Source of the DNA: an uncultured Deferribacteres bacterium
Lineage (GTDB): Bacteria > Zhuqueibacterota > Zhuqueibacteria > Zhuqueibacterales > Geothermadaptataceae
Assembly: GCA_964014485.1 (NCBI GenBank)
Contig: CAXHAT010000175.1
Location: 1-16,468 of the forward strand
DNA: 16,468 bases
Direction: 5' to 3'
Both the position numbers and the translations under genes were made by a program. Every line of letters begins with the position of its first letter. The first letter of the stretch is position 1. The notes under the pieces are model-generated. The model had not been told where the DNA came from, ran no database searches, and worked only from the letters and a program-made list of their open reading frames with translations. Shown one piece after another: positions 1-9,858 of this stretch.

Positions 1-8
1 GCAATGGA

Positions 9-42
9 GTCTCGTGGGCTCGGAGATGTGTATAACAGACAG
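9..42 (+). other. Illumina Nextera adapter remnant including the Tn5 mosaic end (sequencing artefact)
   Basis: GTCTCGTGGGCTCGGAGATGTGTATAAcAGACAG matches the Nextera read-2 adapter GTCTCGTGGGCTCGGAGATGTGTATAAGAGACAG at 33 of 34 positions (mismatch at 36). Bases 1-8 sit where the i7 index would be. Confidence 0.97.
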
Positions 43-378
43 GCCTACACTGGAATGGAAATTCAAGTTCTGGATGATTACGCCGAAAAATACGCCGCAT
101 TGAAACCCTGGCAATACACCGGCAGCATCTACGCCGTGCAGCCCGCCGCTAAACGCGTGACGAAAAAAGCCGGGCAATGGCAGCATTATGAAATCACTTG
201 CGACGGCCCGCGCGTCACGGTCGTTTTGAACGGCGAAACCATCATCGATACGAATCTGGTCGAGCACATGCACAAGACCGAACGCAACCCCGGACTCAAG
301 CGCCGCCAGGGCTACATCGGTTTGCAAAACCACGGCGCCAAGGTCGAATATCGCAATATTCGAATTACGGAGTTTTAG
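43..378 (+). CDS. DUF1080 (3-keto-disaccharide hydrolase-like) protein, C-terminal part, 5'-truncated
   Basis: Motifs MEIQVLDD, GSIY, GQWQHYEI, VVLNG and GYIGLQNHG..VEYRNIRI are typical of DUF1080 C-termini. The first 13 residues of the tracked ORF are adapter-derived. Confidence 0.88.
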   Translation, partial: AYTGMEIQVLDDYAEKYAALKPWQYTGSIYAVQPAAKRVTKKAGQWQHYEITCDGPRVTVVLNGETIIDTNLVEHMHKTERNPGLKRRQGYIGLQNHGAKVEYRNIRITEF

Positions 379-405
379 CTAAACTCAGAATCGGAAAAAC
401 TACCT

Positions 406-885
406 ATGACGACAACTCTTGATCTTCTGGTTGGCGCTTGGGCGGGCGAAGGCGTTGCGCGGTTTCCAACCATCGAAACCGCGCCTTACTTCGAAGAAAT
501 TGTGGTGGAAAAAAGTCCCAACGAGCCGCATTATCATTACGAGCAAAATACCTGGCGTCACAATTCAGCGGGCGGAAAAGGCGAGTTTCTTCATTGGGAG
601 TCCGGATTCATTCAGATTTTGGAATCGGGCGGGCTGCAAATGCTAAACGCGCAAAACAGCGGACGCGTTGAAGTTTTGTTTGGTAAGATCGAAAAGGGCG
701 ACGGCGAAAACGGAGCGCTTTCTCTCACTTTCGAAAAAGAGTTAATCGGAAACGATGAGCGCATTATTACTGCGCGCCGCAGGTATGTTCTGCAGCGTAA
801 AAAGCTAAGTTACACGGTCGAAATGGCGACGACGGAAGCGCCGGAATTGCAACTTCACCTTGACGCCGTTTTGGAAAGGTCTTAA
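406..885 (+). CDS. Nitrobindin / THAP4-like heme-binding beta-barrel (DUF1794, FABP-like)
   Basis: 159 aa with LVGAWAGEG..FPTI, YFEEI, LHWESGF and a C-terminal LQLHLDAVL carrying the His at the expected heme-ligand position. Confidence 0.85.
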   Translation: MTTTLDLLVGAWAGEGVARFPTIETAPYFEEIVVEKSPNEPHYHYEQNTWRHNSAGGKGEFLHWESGFIQILESGGLQMLNAQNSGRVEVLFGKIEKGDGENGALSLTFEKELIGNDERIITARRRYVLQRKKLSYTVEMATTEAPELQLHLDAVLERS

Positions 886-1339
886 ACGCACAACTCCGCC
901 CAATGGGTTGAAGAAAAATTTCGTTTTGATGTCCTGACAAAAAAACGCCCCGTTCCGAGTTGCGAAACGGGGCGTTTTTATTTTTGAACTTTTCGGATAC
1001 GGGCGAATGGAATAACCAGGAACGGTCACCGCCGCCACCGCCGCCGCCACCACCACCGCCGTGCCTGCGACCGCCGCCTCTTCCACCGCCGTCGTTACGA
1101 CGCGGGCGGGCCTCATTCACGATCAATTTCCGACCTTCAAGTTCAGCGCCGTCAACACCGGCGATGGCAGCTTCGCCTTCCGCCTTTACAGGCATCTCAA
1201 CGAAACCAAACCCTCTCAATTCGCCTGTATCGCGATCTTTGATGAGCTTGACCTGGTCGACCGTGCCGTGGGCTTCGAACAGCTCTTTCACCGCATCTTC
1301 GTCCGTGCTTCTGGGTAAGTTGCTTACGTAAATATTCAC
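767..1339 (-). CDS. RNA-binding protein with a single RRM and Gly-rich tail; recognisable part ends near 1016
   Basis: GTG start at 1339 with CAGGAG 5 nt upstream. RNP2 NIYVSNL, RNP1 RGFGFVEM, then LIVNEARPR and a poly-Gly tail ending DRSW. The frame stays open to 767, but the natural end is probably 1013-1015 (see findings). Confidence 0.9.
   Translation of the reverse strand: MNIYVSNLPRSTDEDAVKELFEAHGTVDQVKLIKDRDTGELRGFGFVEMPVKAEGEAAIAGVDGAELEGRKLIVNEARPRRNDGGGRGGGRRHGGGGGGGGGGGDRSWLFHSPVSEKFKNKNAPFRNSERGVFLSGHQNEIFLQPIGRSCAFKTFPKRRQGEVAIPALPSSPFRPCNLAFYAAEHTCGAQ
939..985. terminator. Bidirectional rho-independent terminator between convergent genes
   Basis: AAAAAAACGCCCCGTT-loop-AACGGGGCGTTTTTATTTTT: a GC-rich stem with an A tract on the left and a T tract on the right, between the nitrobindin (+) and RRM (-) genes. 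Confidence 0.85.
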
Positions 1340-1663
1340 GATAACTCCTGGAAAAAATAATAGTATGGACCCAGCATGGCGTGTTGATCGGGAAGAACTT
1401 TGCAGGTTTGCTTCATAGCAACAAGTCTGTGGGCATAAATAAGTAACCGACTGGAACATATGGAAAAAAGGATTCGGCGGCAAGAAGGATTTTGCCTTTT
1501 TTCGTTCGTGCCAAATTGGTTCGCAGGTCGGCGCTTCTAACATATCTTCCCAATTTTAGCTTGAGATTATTTCGAATTTCGGCTTTGCGTCAGTGTATTA
1601 CACCAAAGTGGCGTAGTTTCAAATTCGATGCGAATAAAAACCAAATTTGCTTAAAAATACATT

Positions 1664-2494
1664 GTGGATCCCAAAGAATCACTGCGCCGCTTTTATGAAA
1701 ACGTCGGCGAAAAATACCCCGAAGAAGATGAAGTTTACAATACCTTGCGCGGCAGATTGCGCAGGCGATTTATTGGCGATTTTTTAAGGAATTGGCAAGG
1801 CGCGCTGCTGGACGTCGGGTGCAATCGCGGAATGTATTTGGCGGGCTACAGCGGCGGCGCGCGATTTGGCGTCGATTTGAGCCGGAGCGTATTGAAAAAG
1901 GCGCCCAAAAACGCAAACCTTCGCCTCGCCGTTGCCGATGCGGAAAACCTTGCTTGTTTTTTAGAGAACAGTTTCAATCATGTTCTTTGCAGCGAAGTGT
2001 TGGAACATTGCCTTAATCCGGAAGCGATATTTAAAGGCGTCGCCTCGGTTCTGGCGCCGGGAGGCGTTGCGCTGCTCACCACGCCGAATCACAAAGGCGA
2101 AAAACCGGAATGGATCGATTTGGGGCAGTTGAAGCACTTCGGCGTCGAGAGCGATTGCGAGGACGGCTATTTTCACACGGCCTACCGCCCGGAAGAGTTA
2201 AGCGCTTTCGCCCAAGACGCCGGATTGAAAATCCTTGATTGCGGGACTTTTGAGAAACAAGTGAAGTACGCGGCGAAAGTTCCGGCGGCGGTTTTGCTTT
2301 TCGGACGGTTGCTCAACAAGTTATTTCGGTCTGAAGCGTTTGATCGCATGAACGATCGTTTCTTTAATAGATTTTGCCTGGCAGTGAACGCGTTTTGCCG
2401 GATAACCAAGCTTGAAAAAATATTATTGAAATTCGTGCAAGAAGGCGTTCGCTCCTACATACTCATGCAAAAACCGGAGAGGGAAGGAAAATGA
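1664..2494 (+). CDS. Class I SAM-dependent methyltransferase
   Basis: Motif I LLDVGCNRG, then GVDLS, ADAENL, SFNHVLCSEVLEH and LAPGG..LLTTPN. GTG start. Substrate unknown. Confidence 0.88.
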   Translation: MDPKESLRRFYENVGEKYPEEDEVYNTLRGRLRRRFIGDFLRNWQGALLDVGCNRGMYLAGYSGGARFGVDLSRSVLKKAPKNANLRLAVADAENLACFLENSFNHVLCSEVLEHCLNPEAIFKGVASVLAPGGVALLTTPNHKGEKPEWIDLGQLKHFGVESDCEDGYFHTAYRPEELSAFAQDAGLKILDCGTFEKQVKYAAKVPAAVLLFGRLLNKLFRSEAFDRMNDRFFNRFCLAVNAFCRITKLEKILLKFVQEGVRSYILMQKPEREGK

Positions 2495-3639
2495 AGAGAT
2501 TTGAATTTCGCACCTTGTTTTCAACCTTGACAGGGTTTCAAACTTTGTCAGAACTGTCGAAAAAGCCTCGGTTTGTCATTCAGGAAGAATCCTTGATATC
2601 GCCCGGTAAAGATTACGCTCACAAGTTCAAGGGTTCGATCAAAAAAGATGCTTACAACATGACAATTTTGGGGAAGGCGACAGCTTCGTCAAAGCTGCTT
2701 GCCAAGCTTTTGCCGTTTGCGCTTATTTTTCTTTTTGGGTGCACACAAAACGCTGAACAGGATTCTGGGCCTGAACCGCAAACCCATTCTTTGTTTGGCG
2801 AGCCGCTTTTTCCAATTGAGCAGGACTCCACCGCCCGAGCGCGTCTGGACAGCAATCTCGCCGTGGCGCAGGCAAATTTTGACCATGACCCCGACAGCGA
2901 AGAAAACCTCATTTGGTTGGGACGGCGTACAGCGTATTTGTGGCAATACAAAAAAGCCGCCGAAATCTATTCCGACGGCCTTGAAAAGCATCCCGACAGC
3001 TACAAGCTTTTGCGGCATCGCGGCCATCGCTACATTTCGCTGCGCCAATTCGACAAGGCCGTCGCCGACTACAAGCGCGCCAGCGAATTGATTGCCGGCG
3101 TTGAAGACGAGGTCGAACCGGACGGCGCGCCGAACAAGTACAACATCCCGACGGGAACGTCGCACTTTAACATTTGGTACCACTACGGCCTGGCGCACTA
3201 TCTTCGCGGTGAATTTGAGGAAGCGCTGCGCTGCTACCGCGAGTGTATGAAATTCTCAAACAACCCGGACGCTCAGGTGGCGACCTCGGACTGGCTTTAC
3301 ATGACCCTGCGCCGCTTGGGACGAAAGGAAGAAGCGCAAGAAGTTCTGGAGCCGATCACGGCGGACATGAAAATTCTTGAAAACGACGCCTATCACAAGC
3401 GGCTTTTGATGTACAAAGGCGAAATTGCGCCGGATGAAATTCTAAACCTCGACGAAGCCGACGCCTTGCAAATTGCAACTTACGGCTACGGTGTTGCGAA
3501 TTGGTATTTCTACAACGGCGATCAGGAAAAGGCGGTTGAAATTTATCGAAAAGTGCTCGCCGGAACGTATTGGGCCGCTTTCGGATACATCGCCGCGGAA
3601 GCCGATTTGAAAAGGCTGGGTTTAACGCCCCAGGAATGA
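2491..3639 (+). CDS. Tetratricopeptide-repeat protein, probable lipoprotein
   Basis: Several TPR-like helical pairs (WLGRRTAYLWQYKKAAEIY, RHRGHRYISLRQFDKAVADY, WYHYGLAHYLRGEFEEALRCY) and a lipobox-like LIFLFGC after a hydrophobic run. The start is uncertain: 2491 (ATGA overlap, purine-rich SD) or 2659. Confidence 0.82.
   Translation: MKRFEFRTLFSTLTGFQTLSELSKKPRFVIQEESLISPGKDYAHKFKGSIKKDAYNMTILGKATASSKLLAKLLPFALIFLFGCTQNAEQDSGPEPQTHSLFGEPLFPIEQDSTARARLDSNLAVAQANFDHDPDSEENLIWLGRRTAYLWQYKKAAEIYSDGLEKHPDSYKLLRHRGHRYISLRQFDKAVADYKRASELIAGVEDEVEPDGAPNKYNIPTGTSHFNIWYHYGLAHYLRGEFEEALRCYRECMKFSNNPDAQVATSDWLYMTLRRLGRKEEAQEVLEPITADMKILENDAYHKRLLMYKGEIAPDEILNLDEADALQIATYGYGVANWYFYNGDQEKAVEIYRKVLAGTYWAAFGYIAAEADLKRLGLTPQE
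2528..2550. repeat. REP-like short palindrome (TGACAGGGTTT-C-AAACTTTGTCA)
   Basis: 11-bp stem with two G-T pairs. A related copy lies at 8231-8259 (18 of 27 identical by manual alignment). Confidence 0.6.
2554..2683. repeat. Degenerate nested palindromic (MITE/REP-like) element
   Basis: Nested inverted arms: CTGTCG 2554 / CGACAG 2678, TTGTCAT 2573 / ATGACAA 2659, GAATCCTTGA 2587 / TCAAGGGTTC 2627. Confidence 0.5.
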
Positions 3640-3689
3640 CGCGAGATTTCGCGTTTCTGTGTTGAATTCAATCGAAAACTAAGACCAGC

Positions 3690-6134
3690 ATGAACGACCG
3701 TTTAAAAATCTCAATTCGGGCCGTCGTCGGCATTTTGCTGACATTCGCTTTTCTGCTTTTTTTCTCATCTACTCGATTTGTAGAAGTGAATCGTCTGCAG
3801 AAATCACCCGACGAGCTTGCCGCAATAGCGGAGTCGTTTTTTAAAAGCGCTTCTCTCGGCGAATATTCGCTAAATCGGCGTACGTTGGCTCGCGTCAACG
3901 AAGACTTGCAGCATTATGCGCAGAAGTATTTGCCGGATGTCTCTAAACCCGCCGAATTGCCGCTGACAAGATGGGATTTCACTTGGCGAGGCGAGGTTGA
4001 AACAAGCGAAGACAAAGAAGAGAACGCTGTTTTTTACGTCATGCTTGATGCTCGCGGCAAGCTCCAGGAGTACCACGTCAATTCGCCGCTTCCGGCGGAT
4101 ACGACGGTGCTCGACGATGACGAAGCAATGGCGGTTGTTTTCGATTTTCTCAACCAAACCGGCGTCGACACGACGCGTCTCGTTCAAATCGACAAGACCG
4201 TCAACCGCGAAGCCGGGATTGTGCGGTGCGGTTTCAAGTATGAGCAGGCTTCCGCAGTTTCCGACGAACTTCTCGAAAAAATATCGGTTGATATGGTCGG
4301 TGCAACGGTCACGAAGTTCGAGCGGGAAATCGACGTCAACAAAGAAGCGTTCTCGTTTCCGGATTACGAAGAAGTCGGAGAAGGCGTTGTTATTGGCGGC
4401 ATGGTCGTCATGTGGATTTTGATTGGCGTGAACTTGATCATTGCTTTTTTTCGCCGCCTCCGCCGTGATGAAATTGACTTCAAGCGCGCCAAGAAAATCG
4501 CCGTCGTCTTTTCCACTCTTTTTATCATTACCATGAGTTTTATTTTCTGGGGCGATTGGGGAGAAATGTCGGCCGCTTTAGTTTTTGGCGGGCTTGCAAT
4601 TGGCGTGATGACGCTCCTGCTTTTCGGCGTTGTCGATGCTGTTTTACGCGAACGCTGGCCGGAGAAACTGCTGGTCTTCGATCTCGTTTTTCGGGGACAT
4701 TTCAGGGTTCGGGAAGTTGGAAAGTCCATGCTGGACGTCGTTTTCCTGTTAGGATTGTCCCTGAGCCTTCTCGGGGCGGCGCTTTGGATTGCGGAAGTGA
4801 CAAATCTCGGCTATATAAATTTAGACAGCGACGCCCTCATCGGTCTGCAATCGCCGTTCACGTTTTTTGGACAACTCTTTAGTAAAGGATTGCAAACATT
4901 CTTCGTCGGGCTGACGGCGCTGGCCTTTTGGCCTGCAATTTTGCGCCGAAGAATAAAGCGTCTCTGGCTCTTTCGGCTGCTCTTGACTCTGAGCCTGCTA
5001 TTCGCGGGCATGAGCTTGATTCTGATTCGCCCGTTTGTCTGGGGCCTTTTGTTTCTCCCCATTCTCTGTCTGCTTTGGGCTGAAATTGTCCGGCGATACG
5101 ACCTCATGACCATTCTCTGTACGCTGGCTTTAACGTATATCGCAACGGACGTCGCCGTATTTTCCCTGCTGCCTGAAGGTGCGGCGGGGACGTCGACAAT
5201 AATGACCGTTCTTTCTTTGGGCGGGTTTGTCGGACTGGGATTTTTCTTTTATTTGAGCCCGAAGAAAGCCAGGGACATCGGACAGTATATTCCGGAATAT
5301 GTGAATCGGATCGCCGAGCAGCAGCGCATGCAAAAGGAGTTGGAAATTGCGCGCCGGATTCAATTACAGTTCTTGCCGCAGCGCGAACCAGACGTCCCAG
5401 GGCTGGAAATCGCCAGCATTTGCATCCCGGCCATGGAAGTCGGCGGCGACTATTTTGATTTCTTCTATGAAGACAATCGCTACTTGAGCGTCATCGTCGG
5501 CGACGTTTCAGGCAAGGGCGTTTCAGCGGCGTTTTTCATGACGATGGCTAAGGGCATCATCAAAACCGTCGCCAAAAAAATACGCGCGCCCAAGTTGGCG
5601 CTTTCGGAGATGAACACGGTTTTTTATGAAAATTCGCCGCCCGAAGTTTTTATTAGCGCGATTTACGGTTTGTTCGACATGAAGGCGGGAAAACTGACTT
5701 TTGCGCGCGCAGGTCATAACCCGTTGGTCGTCAAAAAGAGCCTGACCGGGAAAGCCGAGTTCCTTAATCCGCGCGGGTTAGCCGTCGGGCTGGACTCAGG
5801 CGGCGTTTTTTCAAAAACGATTGAAGAAAGTGCGCTGCAACTCGAGCCGGGAGACGTTTTTCTGTTCTACACCGACGGCCTTTCTGAAGCGATGGACGCG
5901 GCCGGAGAAGAATTTGGCGAAGACCGCTTAACCGAAACCGTCAACAGCAACTCGACGCTTTCGGCCAAGGCTTTGCTCGAAAAAATCAAAATCGATGTGG
6001 ATCGCTTCGCCGGCAACGCGCAGCAACACGACGATTTTACCATGGTTGTCGTAAAAATCTCCGACACGACTTTTGGCACAAACGAAACGACCGAAAGTGA
6101 GCGGGTAGCTGTCGACAAGCCTGCCGCCTTTTGA
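3690..6134 (+). CDS. Polytopic membrane PP2C-type (SpoIIE/RsbU family) protein phosphatase
   Basis: C-terminal domain ELEIARRIQ..FLP, VGGDYFDF, VGDVSGKG, AGHNP, FYTDGLSE, DDFT. The N-terminal part has a TM helix, a soluble domain of about 200 aa and many hydrophobic helices. Confidence 0.92.
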   Translation: MNDRLKISIRAVVGILLTFAFLLFFSSTRFVEVNRLQKSPDELAAIAESFFKSASLGEYSLNRRTLARVNEDLQHYAQKYLPDVSKPAELPLTRWDFTWRGEVETSEDKEENAVFYVMLDARGKLQEYHVNSPLPADTTVLDDDEAMAVVFDFLNQTGVDTTRLVQIDKTVNREAGIVRCGFKYEQASAVSDELLEKISVDMVGATVTKFEREIDVNKEAFSFPDYEEVGEGVVIGGMVVMWILIGVNLIIAFFRRLRRDEIDFKRAKKIAVVFSTLFIITMSFIFWGDWGEMSAALVFGGLAIGVMTLLLFGVVDAVLRERWPEKLLVFDLVFRGHFRVREVGKSMLDVVFLLGLSLSLLGAALWIAEVTNLGYINLDSDALIGLQSPFTFFGQLFSKGLQTFFVGLTALAFWPAILRRRIKRLWLFRLLLTLSLLFAGMSLILIRPFVWGLLFLPILCLLWAEIVRRYDLMTILCTLALTYIATDVAVFSLLPEGAAGTSTIMTVLSLGGFVGLGFFFYLSPKKARDIGQYIPEYVNRIAEQQRMQKELEIARRIQLQFLPQREPDVPGLEIASICIPAMEVGGDYFDFFYEDNRYLSVIVGDVSGKGVSAAFFMTMAKGIIKTVAKKIRAPKLALSEMNTVFYENSPPEVFISAIYGLFDMKAGKLTFARAGHNPLVVKKSLTGKAEFLNPRGLAVGLDSGGVFSKTIEESALQLEPGDVFLFYTDGLSEAMDAAGEEFGEDRLTETVNSNSTLSAKALLEKIKIDVDRFAGNAQQHDDFTMVVVKISDTTFGTNETTESERVAVDKPAAF

Positions 6135-6319
6135 ATCGATCACCCTGCCGTGCGCTGCTATTCCGTATCGTTTTACAATCATGTTACAAAGCGAGCCCGA
6201 TTGTTTCGCATTGCATTTCGAAAGAGCGTTTCTCAGATTGCCAAAAATAAACTTACGTTGAGAAAAAGGGGTGCAAGACCTGCCTTGATTTTGGGCGGCG
6301 GGGTCTGAAAATTGAATAT

Positions 6320-6346
6320 GTAGGGGGTCAAAATTTTAAACCCTGC
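6320..6346. repeat. Degenerate GTAG-type REP-like palindrome
   Basis: GTAGGG-GGTCAAAATTTTAAA-CCCTGC is an imperfect palindrome starting with GTAG. A second weak hairpin (AGACC...GGTCT) lies at 6276-6306. Confidence 0.4.
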
Positions 6347-6413
6347 GACACATTGCGTGACGCTTCAGATGACATGTTTGGGCGCCGCACTCCTGAATAT
6401 TTTGGAGAAGGAA

Positions 6414-8144
<1,731 letters not shown>

Positions 8145-8230
8145 GCGTTAGCCCAAATGTCGAAGTTGAAGCCGGCGCTGCTCAGCTAACTTGCAGCATC
8201 GACGGCTTGTGGTGCAAATAACCGGCGTAG

Positions 8231-8259
8231 CTCTGGCAGGATTCGCAACCCTGTCAGAG
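8231..8259. repeat. REP-like palindrome, same family as 2528-2550
   Basis: CTCTGGCAGG...CCTGTCAGAG, a 10-bp stem with one G-T pair. Confidence 0.6.
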
Positions 8260-8335
8260 TTATAAGTCACTCGGAAGAACCCCAAATGGTGCAATTGAAA
8301 ATAGAAATGCTTGACCCTCAAAAACGTTTTTCAAG

Positions 8336-8409
8336 GTCATTCCTGCGGAGGCAGGAATCCAGAAAATGGTGCACAGTCACTGGATTCCTGCCTCCGCCTT
8401 CACGGAATG
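8336..8409. repeat. GTCATTCC...GGAATCC-type REP doublet
   Basis: Perfect 18-bp inverted repeat GCGGAGGCAGGAATCCAG (8345-8362) / CTGGATTCCTGCCTCCGC (8380-8397). The left arm is itself palindromic (ATTCCTGC-GGAG-GCAGGAAT). Confidence 0.8.
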
Positions 8410-8721
8410 CTGTGAAAAGTCTTCTCTCAGCGCACAATTCTCCCCAATGATTCGCTGCGCGACACAATCGACGCACCCCTCCATTCTCATAGTTCGGAAA
8501 ATCTAACGCGAATTATCGATTCTGCGAAATCAGAATTCGTTGTCCTTAATAAATTTCCGATCATAAACTATTGAAAAACATAGGCTCTTTTAAGCCTGTG
8601 TCATTGGTCTGAAGCTTGCGATAAGCGAAGCACACCCAAGACCAATCATCGCTGAGCAAAAGCGAGTTTTCGAAATCCGCACAATCCGCTTACAAAAATG
8701 AGGGAGGCGTCCGGATCAAAA

Positions 8722-9858
8722 ATGAAAGCGCTTGTACTTGGATCGGGGGAAATGGGCGAGACCGCCATTGAAGATTTGTACCAATACGGCGAATTCGACG
8801 AAATTCAGATCGCAACCAGAAACGTCGAAAAAGCCCGGGGGATCGCCGCCCGCCTGACCGATAAAAAAACAAAAATTTCCGTGACTCGCTTTGACCTGAG
8901 CAATGCCGCACCATTGGCGGAATTGATGCGCGGCTTCGACGTGGCCGTCAATTGCGCCGGGCCGAACTACAAGTATGAGTACGCCGTCGCCCGGGCCGCC
9001 ATTGCAGCGCGCACCAATCTCGTCGACATCAACGACGAATTTGAGGTGACGTTCAAAATGTTCGAGCTCGATGAACAGGCAAAAAAGGCGGGCGTTACAA
9101 TCGTTCTCGGCTTGGGCGCGAGTCCGGGCGTCAACAACGTTCTGGTGCGCGCCGCCGCCAATCGGCTCGATGAAGTGGACGAAATTCACACCGCGTGGGT
9201 CATGAGCGGCGCCGATCCCGGCGGTTTGGCGTTGAGTTATCATTTGCTCTATTCGCTGGCGGATAAGGCTTACACGGTGCAAGACGGTAAAATGCTCGAA
9301 GTGCAATCTTTCGTGGACGGCAAGGAACGCATCGAATTTCCCGAGCCGGTCGGTGCGCTCGATGTTTATCACATCGGCCATCCGGAGCCGATCACGCTCT
9401 CCCGCTGTTTTAAAAACGCGAAGTACGTTGACGACAAAGCGTCGTTTAACCCGCCGTTTGTCAATGATCTTATCGTCAGCCTCGGCAAAATGGTGCGCGA
9501 AGCGGAAGGGCCGATTCGGGTCAACGGTTACGAAGTCGACGCGATGGATTTTGCCGCGTCTTATCTGCACCAAAAATGCAAAAGCCTCAAAAACGTGCCG
9601 CTGGACGGTGCGCTGCGCGTGGAAGTTAAAGGCAAGAAAAAGGGCAAGGACAAGACGATCGTTTTTTCTTCGGCGACCAGGATTGCCAACGGGACGGGCA
9701 TTCCCGCCTCCATCGGCGCGATCATGTTGGCGAACGGAAAAATCAGGAAAACCGGCGTTCTGCCGCCGGAAGAATGCATCGAGCCCAACGATTTTTTCTA
9801 CGAAGTGCTGGATCGTAGAAACGTTGCGAAATTAAACGGATGGATTGAAGACGAATGA
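8722..9858 (+). CDS. Saccharopine dehydrogenase-family NAD(P)-dependent oxidoreductase
   Basis: N-terminal Rossmann MKALVLGSGEMG, then VAVNCAGP, NLVDI, GLGASPG, GHPEPITL, TGIPASIGA and GVLPPE. Its stop overlaps the next ATG (ATGA, 9855-9858). Alternative start at 8698. Confidence 0.88.
   Translation: MKALVLGSGEMGETAIEDLYQYGEFDEIQIATRNVEKARGIAARLTDKKTKISVTRFDLSNAAPLAELMRGFDVAVNCAGPNYKYEYAVARAAIAARTNLVDINDEFEVTFKMFELDEQAKKAGVTIVLGLGASPGVNNVLVRAAANRLDEVDEIHTAWVMSGADPGGLALSYHLLYSLADKAYTVQDGKMLEVQSFVDGKERIEFPEPVGALDVYHIGHPEPITLSRCFKNAKYVDDKASFNPPFVNDLIVSLGKMVREAEGPIRVNGYEVDAMDFAASYLHQKCKSLKNVPLDGALRVEVKGKKKGKDKTIVFSSATRIANGTGIPASIGAIMLANGKIRKTGVLPPEECIEPNDFFYEVLDRRNVAKLNGWIEDE

Noticed and set aside
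24..42. Genuine Tn5/IS50 end
   Set aside because: It is the synthetic mosaic end preceded by the Nextera primer sequence at the contig edge.
960..1331. Poly-proline ORF on the + strand
   Set aside because: It is the antisense shadow of the Gly-rich tail of the RRM gene.
1495..1515. Sigma-54 promoter for the RRM gene (TGGCACG on the minus strand)
   Set aside because: The -12 TTGC element is missing at the required spacing.
1340..1543. 68-residue N-terminal extension of the RRM ORF in the track
   Set aside because: A good SD and GTG at 1339 coincide with the usual MNIYV start of this family; the upstream part is probably a 5' leader.
8145..8721. Cobalamin riboswitch upstream of an operon containing a B12-dependent enzyme
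   Set aside because: I could not find the conserved GGGAA / GCCACTG / B12-box elements; the hairpins look like REP-type repeats.
8145..8721. CRISPR array
   Set aside because: No regularly spaced direct repeats with unique spacers, and no cas genes.
8716..9573. Long antisense ORFs (285 aa here; also 10539-11114 and 14371-15075)
   Set aside because: They lie almost entirely opposite well-supported genes and have no recognisable motifs, as expected from codon bias.
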